Of a stretch of 32,000 bases of DNA, positions 11,501 to 23,100 are shown piece after piece (position 1 is the stretch's first letter; each line of letters starts with the position of its first letter). The notes under the pieces are model-generated. The model was not told where the DNA came from, did no database searches, and was given only the letters and a program-made list of their open reading frames with translations. The stretch is from positions 45,906-77,905 of the forward strand of contig BAAFSQ010000018.1 in assembly GCA_054661495.1 (NCBI GenBank), written 5' to 3'. The DNA comes from Zygophlyctis sp. KS116 (Eukaryota > Fungi > Chytridiomycota). The position numbers and the translations under genes were made by a program.

Positions 11501-13315
11501 TACCAGTTGATATACCAACATTTTTAGGATATACTCGCTATGGAACGTTTTACGGTCTGAGAATTTACGCAACTGATTGTGTATTGCTGCTAAATGGGCT
11601 GAAAAACGAAGATATTTTACAGTACTTTTTGTATATGATGGTACACGATCCAGATCCAGCATTCAGGTACCATTTGATATCATCGTTCTCTAAAATAATT
11701 CGGCTTAAATCTCTGAATAACAATTTAATGCGATATAGAGATCAAAATGATCTTTGGTCTTATATAGATCCCGAATTCTTGGCATCGGAAGAGCTTGGAA
11801 AGCATATATGGTCTCTTTTAATGTATGGTTGCATTTATTTAACTTAAAGTTCCCCAACAACTGATCGTCGTACAAAAAGTGAGGCGCTATTAATTTGTGA
11901 AAATCTCTATATTTTGCCACAAGAATTGATAATTCAACCTGCTCAAAAATTAAAACTGAAGGTGGTGCCAGTCAGCACAGATGATGCCCTTGTAACTTTC
12001 TTTTAATTTATGTATAGATGAGTGATAATACTGTGCCAGCTCAAGATGAGTCATTACAAAATGAAGTTAATGGCACTCTTACGCAACCTTCTTCTGAGCC
12101 GGAAATTGATTATGAAGCCATGAATCCTACAGGAGTTCTCATCATCAAAAGACTAAGAGAAAATATCAATGCGGGACCTTTTCTTGAGCCCGTTGACGAA
12201 TTGATGGTCCCGCGCTACTATTCAGTAATCAAAAATCCAATGGATTTACAGACAATTTCAGAAAATATGAAGAATGGTGTTTACGGAGAACGATTAGCTA
12301 CGCTTTTGGTCGATATCAGGCAAATTTTCAAAAATTGTTACCAGTTTAATTTGAAGGATAGTGCTATTTATCAACACTCGGAACGTTTGGAGCAGTATTT
12401 TGAGCGAGAACTTTTACCAGAAGCGGTTCCTGAAATGGCAGCAGTGCTTCCAGTACATCAAAATGAACCAAAAGCTTCGCCTTCTACAACTACTGTTGAA
12501 AAAACCATTGTAAAAAAAGAGCCTGTGAATCGTGACATTGTTCCAGAAATCGACTACCCTTGTTTGGAAATTCAACCTACAGTTAAATCAGAAACTCCTT
12601 CCACTCTAAGTCTTAATGAATCCAACAGTTGCCGACGCATTCTAAACAAAATATCCAACAATGAAAGCAGTTTTTGGTTCCATGCTCCAGTAAGATAATA
12701 TAAAGTTTATATTAGGTGGATCCTATAGCTCTTGGAATTCCTCATTATTTTGATATTATCAAAACTCCCATGGATTTTGGCACAATCAATAACAAACTGA
12801 ACACCTCAATCTATTCTCATGTTCAAGAATTTATCAATGATGTCGAACTGGTTTTTAATAACGCAATGGCTTTCAATCCTCCAGATTCTCCAGTTTTCCG
12901 GGCCGCCAAATCTTTATTGAACTACTTTGAAAAGAACTTTTCAAAGCAAAAACTAAAGGAAATCAAGACAAAGTTGGAGAATCCAAATGACCCATACTCA
13001 AACATTAGCAGAATCATTTCCAAACTAAAGGAACATCCCGATGGATCAATATTTCTATTTCCTGTGGACCCTATTATATATCCAGACTATCATAAGATAA
13101 TAACCAATCCGATCGATCTAGAGACAATGTCAGATAAACTTGAAAACAATCAGTATTCAACAGAGAATGATTTTAAGAGTGATATGGAGCTGATGATTAG
13201 AAATTGCTTTCGATATAATCAGCCCGGAACGATTGGATACGTGATGGGGATTAGATTCGAAAAGGCATTCAAAAAAGAATGGGAGAATCTTGTTAAAAGA
13301 AGCAAGAAAACTTAA
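8546..13315 (+). CDS. TAF2: TFIID subunit TAF2 with three C-terminal bromodomains, ~1505 aa, 10 exons
   Basis: Introns at 8563-8587, 8637-8664, 8960-8988, 9108-9138, 11023-11057, 11445-11469, 11823-11849, 11992-12017 and 12690-12715. TAF2 motifs: RINCRQ, WVPCVD, YPFSSYKQVFV, LGNNEFRY, WIYGAGCP, EWIRIDPEMDW, RDVIAQYE, YNDNSLNDFSD. Three bromodomains with PVD/PMDL motifs and the conserved Asn. Confidence 0.88.
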
Positions 13316-13378
13316 TACTATGAAAAAGATGAATTTTATAATTGCTATATACCAAGTTTAGCTGAGCGGAGATTTTGA

Positions 13379-16300
13379 ATGACGTCTTATCGGATGGATT
13401 CATCATCTAAACGAGTGACATTTGGTGAGTCAAACATCCAGAACGAATCTATTTATTCAGCTCGATGTACAATTAAATCCATCTTTACTGATGATGAATT
13501 GGGATCGCTTCCTCAAAATCTAAAGACTGCGATTGAGCGATCAGAACATAATCATTTAGCAAAAATACACTTGGGAAAACTCTTGAAGAATGGACGATCT
13601 AGTCTTTTAAACAATAGACAGAAATTTAGCAGGTAGTAATTATTATTTTACCTGAAAGAGCGTTGGGAATTATGGGATATGAACAGCTTCCTTTAAAACC
13701 TTTGGATGTAGTCATTGTAATAAGCCTGTTATAACGTTAGGCGACAAGAGAACGACGGCTGCAGTCAAGTACTTTAACGGAGAATCGTATTTTTAAAATG
13801 ATTGATCATAGAGAGAAAGGAATTGAATTCAATTGATCAAATGAATTTAAAAGAACTAATGATGACTATTATTGACGAAATTAAGAATTTTAATTGGCTA
13901 ACGGAATCCGAAAAAATCGATATTGTATTTTTATTGATTTTAAGTTTAAGGTTCACACTTTCTCAAGTGAAATCGCTACAAGATTTAATGATATTCAGTT
14001 ATTAATGGACACAAACATATCACCAATTCACAATCGGAGGATGTTTATATGTATATTCAGAAAAATAAGAATTATTCGTGATCATGCATTAAATGCATGC
14101 AGGAAAAAAAAGATTAGTAAGATTCGTTTTTTAATGTAAGAAATGGAAAAATGTGCTATATTTAATGAAGAGATTAATAGTGGAAGAATAGTTTCTAATT
14201 TCAGGATAGAATTCAATCAGAGGTAAATTTGGGGCTGAAATATTAAAACTTAGGATGAATATGCCTAGAATTGTTGAAGAGGCTAAAATGGAGGTGGAGA
14301 AATTGAACAACAATTTTGAAGGGGAGAGTCTACCAGAAACAGATAAAAATGACGGAGTAAATTTATATGATCCTTTTATATTTAGATTTCTGAAGCCATT
14401 GCAAAGATTTTTCATGAAATGCCAGCTCTTCCCCCAATACCAGACAAAATTATGCTTGACTATAATCTTCGGCATAATAGGAGCAAATCTATTCAGGACT
14501 CAAAAATACCTCAAAGATATAAGCGCAAATCATCTATATTCCAATCTCAAAAAAAGGAAAAAATATTGGACCCGTATGCTAATATTTTACATGATCTTGG
14601 GAGGATTCGAAAAAGAAACGAAAAATCTTCCCAGCGAAGAAGAAGTAAACTTAATGATAGTGACTCTGATAATGATAATTGGTCTGATTTAGACCAAACG
14701 GATGTTAACACTGTAGAGAATCCAGTTTTAAGATCGCATGTCGAGATGGTAAAAAAACTCAAATCCAAAAAGGAAGATATTCCCAGTAAGCCACCCGAGA
14801 GGTATCTTCCAAAAAGTATGTTTGCTAGCAAATCAATATTTGTGGTTGACAATAACGTAATATTTGTTTAATAATCATCAGGAAACAACTTTTGAAGACG
14901 AAAAATCTCTCAATTTGGAATACACTGAATTGATTATGCCTAACAAGGTGATTCGTCGAAATTAAAGTCAAGGCTATATTCCGTTCCATGAATACTATGG
15001 CTTCAGAAAGGATACCAAAGGGATTGTTTGATCTTTCGAATAGTCATTCATTTGGCCTGTCATTTAATGAAGATGATTTTGATCAACTAGGTACTTAATT
15101 CTTTATTTGATGTCTAAGATGAAAAATGGAAAAGATTTAAAGAAGTAGAAGAGCTTTATGATGAAATAATGAAAAGTATTGTTGGGAGTCATTCTATGAC
15201 AAAGGACAGTAGGCTAATTTATATGTTTAACACAAGATGATGATACATCTATTTATGGTTGTAATACAGCACCATATGATCCCCATGTTCAATTCTCAGA
15301 AGCGTTCCTTGGCTTCCGGCCCAACTACAGGAGAATGCTTGAAATTCAACTAACGATGCAAAAAATGGCAAGTATTATTGAAAAGCCGACCTCTAAAGCA
15401 CAAAATGAAACCAACAAGAAATCTAAAAAAGAAGAAGAAGCTGCAGACTTTGGTATTTCAGATTATAAAGATTTCTTGAAAGTCAGAAAGTTGGATTTTA
15501 TCTCTGATCTAATTGTGGGAACTGAAGAATCAGCAAAAGCGATATTAGACGACGAAGAAAGACGCCTTAGAGAAGAGGCGGTGTCACAGAAACGAGAAGA
15601 AGAAGAAACGAGAAGAAAAGAACGTCACGAATCTCTAGAATTCCGTCGTGGAACCTGGAATTCAAAAATCATCAATTATATTGGTGATATGAAGACTCGT
15701 AATGGACTAATCATCATAGAAGAAACTGAATCAGCTTCAATTGATGCATCGACAGCAAAAATTAGCCAATCGCCTAAAAAAATCAGTCTATTCTCCAATA
15801 ATACTCCACAATCTAGTAGTATAGCGTTAGTTCAAGACTTGCAGCAAAGATTTGAGATCATTTGGTCAAATCTAAAAATGCCATTAGACCAGAAAATCGA
15901 CATGGTAAAACTTATTTTTCCTAATTTCCAGGCAATTAAACATGGCAATCACCGCAATTCATCCATATCATCTGTAAGAAATTTATTTTAAATATTTCAG
16001 AAATCATTATCAATGTGGCAAACTGCTTCTGATCTTATCCTTGCTCGTGAAAAAATCTTGTCTGATATTTACAAATTTGAATCCGAATGCCTTCATCCAG
16101 AGTATAATATTTTTTACTTACTTTAGACGATTCTTTAAACCTTATATTGAACGCCCAGTATCTGCCCACCAAAAAGAAATCACTGAACGTGAATCTTTAT
16201 TAATCAAACTACATTCTCTAGAACAAAAGATTTATGACATCTCCACTAGCATCAAGTTAGAATTACGGCAAATCGTAACTTTTGCTGGAATACCAATCCT

Positions 16301-16385
16301 TGAAAAGATGAAATATGATTATAGCGAGATAATTAGGAAAGTTGAAGCAGATCGGAAACTTATAACCCAGTCTGCAAAAACTTAA
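13379..16385 (+). CDS. CCDC87: CCDC87-like coiled-coil protein, ~878 aa, 15 exons
   Basis: Fourteen introns give one ORF: 13633-13658, 13717-13740, 13787-13811, 13925-13950, 14117-14140, 14223-14253, 14357-14385, 14857-14881, 14948-14972, 15091-15118, 15209-15236, 15905-15931, 15974-16000, 16102-16126. LQQRFEIIWSNLKMPLDQKIDMAIK...W...LILAREKILSDIYKFESECLHPERFF and DYKDFLK...DFI resemble the CCDC87 C-terminus. Confidence 0.72.
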
Positions 16386-16533
16386 ATTTATATGTATTAG
16401 TAGACAAAGATTTATGCATTAAACATGATCATGAATCAATATAACATATTTAATGATTAAGCGAAAAGCAGGAATAAACATGGCGTTAATCTATTTTTAG
16501 CGGAAATCATTCGGACGTCACTCACATTTTGAA

Positions 16534-17184
16534 ATGATTAGCACAACAGATGAGTCTCCCTGGTCTTTGGACCAAATCAAAGAGTATTTTAAGAATTATT
16601 CCAGCTCATACGATAAAGGTATGAATATAGAAACTTATCCAGCACCGTTTATCATTGCGTCCTGGGTCAAACAAGAGTTACCTCAAACAAACAATGTACA
16701 AGTCATGGATTTGGGATGTGGCACTGGAGCAAGGTATTTTAAATAACTGCTAATCAGTAGCTCAAGGCTATTTTTTGATGATGATAAATACCAAGTGTCC
16801 GGAATTGATGCAACGCCGGAAATGTTGGAAAAGGCAATGTCACTTCCCTTCAAGAGCCTCAATTGCCAGAATTTAGAAGATTCGCTCGATGCAAAATCTG
16901 ATTTCTATGATGCAGTCGTGTCTATTGGAGTATTTGACTTTATCGTGAATGCAGATAAAGTCTTGGGTGAAATATCAAGGATACTTAAATTAGGTGGTGT
17001 TGCTGGAATAACTATACCTGAAAATGGGGGGACATGGGGAAAGGAGGATTTTATAAATTTATTCGAACAATGCAATCTAAAAGTCATGAAGACTGAACAA
17101 TTTTTTGGTTACCAAAGCTCTATAGATGGTCAAAATGTTAACTTTATCGGATTTTTGTTAAGAAAATATAATTTAATCATTTAA
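16534..17184 (+). CDS. Class I SAM-dependent methyltransferase (Methyltransf_11/25-like), ~207 aa, 2 exons
   Basis: Motif [27 protein letters not shown] and RILKLGG. Intron 16734-16760, or 16734-16757 using the tandem CAGTAG acceptor. Confidence 0.85.
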
Positions 17185-20100
17185 AGATAAAAGAGCTGCT
17201 ACGCCCCTTCTGATCCAATGTTCTTCTGGTAAATTAGTAGGAATGCGCATCGACATAACATAATTGGTACTGTGTCTGAATCGTTAAAAAGTTACAAGAA
17301 ATTACCCAGTAGTAGATAAGACTCCTCGACGCGCACTGGTTTTATATACTGGACAGTCATAAGTGTTTGAGAGATTGAATTTAGATTTTTCACCGGGTTT
17401 AAGCCATATTATAGGTAATTGATCAAAGAGAATTTTCGGAATAGATTCAGAGATCGAATTTTCTGAAGTATCCCATCTTGCACCTTCCAAAAATAGTCCA
17501 TTAATGTATTGCCCTTCTGATGGTCTTTCTGCGGCCGTTTTTTGAGGGAGAATTTCATAGTCAAAGGCCAGTAAATCAATTGGGATGGTGTGTTTTCGGG
17601 CATAGTTTTGAAGACATCCAGTCAAGAAACTTTGAGTGAAAAAGAAGCCTCCAAGCCAAAATACAATAGGTTGTCCTTCTTGAGACCATTTGTTGAAAAA
17701 GTTTAATCTAGCCAGTAAATCATTAAAGTAGCTTCCAAGTGGCTTCATTGATGGATAAGATTTACTTGCCCACATTTTTGGAATGGCACCAATCAAGATA
17801 CTATTGCTAAGATCTTCTAATTCTGAAGACATCACTACTAATCCTTTGACAGCTTTTTGAATATTTCGAAGGGATTCACGAATAACTTCAGCAAGTCCTC
17901 GGAATCTAATCATCTCTTGTAAAAGAACTGTATTCATGCTTTCAGAGTACGTTACAGGGAATCTAGCAGCGATTTTCGCTAAATCAATAGGTTCTGGAAT
18001 TCTGGCGAACATGCTAGCAGCCAATTCAGAAATAATTTCTTCGTTTGATTTTGCTCCTCCAGATTCCATTTTTCCTTGTGTGATCAAAATGGACCCCAAA
18101 AATGAATCAGTCTCGAGTTGATTCTTGGTAATATCAGCATTTTCATGAAGACTAAACACCTCTGGTTTCGCTTCTAGGGGTAAGTCCTTTATATATTCAA
18201 TAACACCAGAGTAGCTTGTGTTAGTAGGCATCATGTAGGTTCCACTAGGAGAAAACTTGAAAGAATCTTTTAGAATAACAGGATTGTAATAAACAGAGAG
18301 CAATGTCATTAATGTCCTACGATCCTTGTCATCGGTAACTCTTCCACCATAATTACATTGTCCTTTTCCATTAACAAACTAAATTTTACCTGTCAAGTAA
18401 CGAAGTGCTTCCCAGGGCGTTTCATCATATTCACTTAAAAAGTTTCTAAGTTGGCGAGCTGATATCCTTAAATCCGTTTCATTCTTTGATATTAAAATAG
18501 AAAAAATACAAATTCATAAGAAATATTCCAGCCGATTGGGCCAAACTGGCGCCTCTCTTGAACAGCAGCATGAAAAAAGCACAATCCATAGAGCAATTTT
18601 TCAAAGATGGCCTGCTTTTTGGATCCTTCATAAAATACTTTATCATTAATTGGATCACTAAGATAGCTTTTCATCAGATTTGATCTAAGGCCTTTCGGGG
18701 GCTCATTTGTCATTTTAACTCCGTTTTGAAGGAGCGATACTGGAAACTTATCGCTAGGATAGGATGTAAGCCACAGCCTAAAATCTTTGTTAGTAGTTTC
18801 AGGACTTAATTCTTCACAAATTTTTTCAAGCTGAGGCATCCAGCTGATAGCAAGATGGCAATTTTGTAAGACGACCCATGAGCCGTCTGTTACTGCCTTT
18901 GAAATCATCTTCGCCGCTATCGGTCCCTGCCCCTGGCCAAGAGATATTGAATTTAAACGATTTCCTGACATTTTCTTGTCTTCTGCAAAACGCAAAAGTC
19001 CTGTCATTGGGTCTGCGCCGGGCGACAGGATGAAAATAAGCGGGGTACACGAATTTGAATCTGCATAACTACTAACTAAATCAAAGGGGGGAGGTTCAAC
19101 AAAGCGCTTTGTCATCTTGTCAATTATGAACAATTGAGAGGCAGCAACTAGTTTATCTGGTCTAAGACATCTTAAAATCAGTAACTTTTGAAATCCATTT
19201 AGCTTATTAGACCAAGGTTCTATTTTTAGCAAAAATATTATTACCAGGAAGACTTATATTCTGCGGCTCTGAGCTTTCAAATAAATCCCTCCATGGGGAT
19301 TTATTTTCAGATATATGCTTGTTAAGTCCTTCAAATGCTTCAAATTCAGAAAGCCTTGTTATTTCAGCCCAACTTTTTTCAGATATCCAAGTTTCATCAG
19401 GGTTAGCAGTTGTTTCCTTGCTAACTCCAATACCGCCCGTTAACAAAAATCTCCATTCCCCTGAATCTAGTTGCTTTTCACCTCGCATGATAGAAGCAGT
19501 CAGTAAGAATGAGAAAACCAGTTTGTCCTTTTCAAAAAGAGATCTGCACACATTACAGTAAAGAGAATCTGTAAAATAAATCCGGAGGTTTGAAAGCCGT
19601 GTATCTAAGTCAGCAGACTTTTCACTCAATAAAATTGAGTTGACAAATAGATTGATATACCAAGGAAGTGAATATTGATACATAGGTTCAATATTTGCCA
19701 AATCAGCTATGCAAAAGAATAAAACGGAAGAATAAAAAGCGATCGGTTTATACCCTACTCGAATTTCATCTATCTTCTGTTCTGTTTTTTCCGCTACTGT
19801 TTGTTTTTCATTGATAGTTTTTGCAAGTACTTTAGATGAAGACAATATCTGAATTCCTGTTTCGTCTTCTAATATGTTTCCTTCGGATGAAGATAAAACT
19901 TCCAAAATTTTATCTTCTATTTCTTGAAGTTGCTTCTTATTTTCTGCACTTTGAATTAATAGCTGAGCTTTCATTTCCTCTAACTCGGGCTTTTCTTTAG
20001 CAATTACTATTCCGAGCAATTGATCTTCCAATCCCTCTGGAGTTATCATAAAGTTCAGAACTGTGACCTTAGTGGAGAGTTCAGGAAGATAATGTGGATT

Positions 20101-23100
20101 TCGCAGTTTAGTAGTTATGTAAAATTTAAATTCAGGTGAATATTCAACCGTAGAGTCTCCCAAACGTATGCATGTAACCCCAGCCTGTTTGAAAGTTTGC
20201 TTCAATAGTAGGGGCTCAAGAACAGGATCCAATTCTTCACCAACATTTTCAAGCAATACTGGAGTGCCGAACTGTACAGCATTTTCTAAGGTACGAAGAT
20301 AATCTGAATCTGATAGCTTCACAACCTGTAAAGATCGAGACTTTTCCATATTTTTAATCCAACGATTTGCTTGTCCTTGAGGGTCTATCATTAAAGGCCA
20401 CCTTCTTGAGTTAGAAATCATAATTCCGTTGTCAATAGAAAATGAATCATTTGGCAAGCCTGTAATATTCCACGCCCGTACTTTAACAGGATCTGCTAAA
20501 ACACCATATAGCGTTACATCATCTGAGCACGGAATGCTCCGTTCTTTACATACTTTGACCCAATCTGATACACAGTCGTCTCTGTACATTTTTGTAAATG
20601 CTCCTAAATATGCTACAATTGCAGATGATATAAGTACATCGCCAGTTAATGCGACAAATTTCTTTTCTAAATCTTGAGAACATTGAGTCCAACGTTCTTG
20701 TTCGTCTCCTAAACTACCTATCAATTTCTCAGCACGCACAAGCTGTTTGGAAACGGAATCGACTTGCTTTTCTAGAGCATCTTTTTTTTCTGTCATTTCC
20801 TTAAATTTAGCCTCTAATCTAGCCATTCTCTCCTCCACCGATCGTAATGAGGCTCTTTTTTCATTCAAACTTTTCATGGTTTCTGCCAACTCAGCTTCAG
20901 CTGCCGCCAAAGCTATTTTTTTCGGCTCCACTACTTTTGCAACGCGATCATAGCATTCCATAGCCCGGACCCAGCGGCAGAGACCTTCAGCAGCAGATGA
21001 TGCATTTTTGATTTTTTCTGGATCAAATTCTGGATTTTCCATATACTTTGCACGAATTACTTTCATGACAGCTACAGGAATATTATCTTTATCATACGCT
21101 TTTAAACTATCCAAAAATTTCATATCAGACATCAAGGTTTTTGAGGGACCCCAATAATCTTCAACCTTTTTACCCGAACCTGAAGGATCTGGTATTTTTA
21201 CGGGCTTTACATCCTTCATAACACAAATTGCTTCCATTACAAGCTTCACGCCTGCTGGCGGACTCTTCATGGATTTAATAACAGTAATATCTGCCGGCTT
21301 TAATGTATCCAATGCGGATAAAGCAGACTCTAAAGCGGGAATAGCTTCTGCCAATTGCGATTCACAGTCTTCTTTCATAGCTTTGGATTCTTCAGCTTTT
21401 TTAGAAGCGATGGCTTCATCAGCTTCAACCACAATTTTAGTAGCTTTCACTTCTTTGGATTCGCTTTCGATTTGGATCATAATTTGATCTACCTCACCTT
21501 GTGTTTTAATTAGCTGCGGCTGTAATTCGGCAAGATCAACCTGCATTTTAGAAACTGCATTCTGTGCGAATTCCAGCTTTTCGAGTCCATTCGAATAACG
21601 GAATTTAAGTTTTGAGACAGAGCCCCGCTTTATTCCAAGAAGTGCCTTAAACGTTCTGATAAGCTCCAAATATGAAGTTGGTGTTACATAATTATGCCTT
21701 CGAAGGACCTGCAAGTATTTCAGTGATTGTTTGCGGGTGCTTTCATGGAAATGTTTGCACATGTAAACTACACTTTGACGAACACTATCTTCTAAATCAA
21801 CATCTTTAAGGAATTTAGAAGCGACCATTTCTAAAGCATCATCTGGCCAGTCTTTAAACCAATCAATTGTGCAACAATTGATCAGAGATGGAAATTTCCG
21901 TAGTCTAGTTCTGAAAGCTTCTCCTACTGGACTCATGCAAAGACAAATGTGCAAATTTTCCCTGCATCTATCAACAAAGGTTGAGAAAATTTGAGTTGGT
22001 GATCCTTCAAATGTTTTACCATTGCTACGATAATCAGCACGGATCAATTCAAATAGCTCTTGCTTTTCATCGACTGCATAAATATTTGGAACTTCCCCCG
22101 AATTCAAAATATTATTAATATCCTCCAAAAATGATTCTTGCTGGATCTGAGTGTCAGAAAACAGAAAAACGGTTTGTTTCCCTTGGCCACCGGCCATTCG
22201 GAATACTTTTTTCAAGTCATCATGCCAGTTCACCTCATTATAATTACGGGCTATTTCTACTTGGAAAATATCATAGTCTGCAACGTATGCGGCTAGCCTT
22301 GATAAGCTTTGGCGACCGCTGCCACCGACACCAACAAGTAGTATATTTCCTCTCGGCTGTTGTAATATACGGCTTATCCTAGATAAATGTTCAATCGCAA
22401 ATCTGAACATGACAAGATCCATAGGTTTTTTACTCATCTGATTAAATTCAGAAAGACTTTTATCCATAAATGATGTAAGTGCGTTTAGATCTGTGATTTC
22501 ATTATACGCACGACCACTTGAATCTCTAGGTGAAAGATATGTCCCAAAAACCAAACTACGGAGATCATCCTCCCTTACAGTTCTTTGATTTGCTGCTATG
22601 TAGCCAGAAAATACGGAATCAAACTCCAGGTTAAAAGATGACTTAACTGCCTTCTTTGCTGAATTAAATAACCATGCTCGATCATCATCATCAATCAACC
22701 GGTCATAGAAAACTCGTGACATTTCATGATACCACAGTCGGATCATTTTCGAAGAATCGGGAACTGTATCAGGTCTAGATAGAAGTATTCCCTGCACAAT
22801 CCGTGAAAAATCTCTTAGATTAAACGTATAATGGGATTTCTTTGGCGTAGGCAGTAGATTATCCATCGCACCTCTATATATTTCCCGAGTTGCTGCAACA
22901 ATTCCCTTGGAAAGTGAGGTAACTTCTTTCGAAAATGAATTTGAAGATAGGTGCCAGCTTAGGATTGTTTCGAAGATCAAATTTAAAGTTAAATCATCAA
23001 ATGAGGAATAAGTTATCGTATTGAAGTGTCTCAAAAACTAGAACATTAAACAGCTGATGTTTACCCTTGGTGTAATATGATTTCGACCTCCTCCAGGAGG

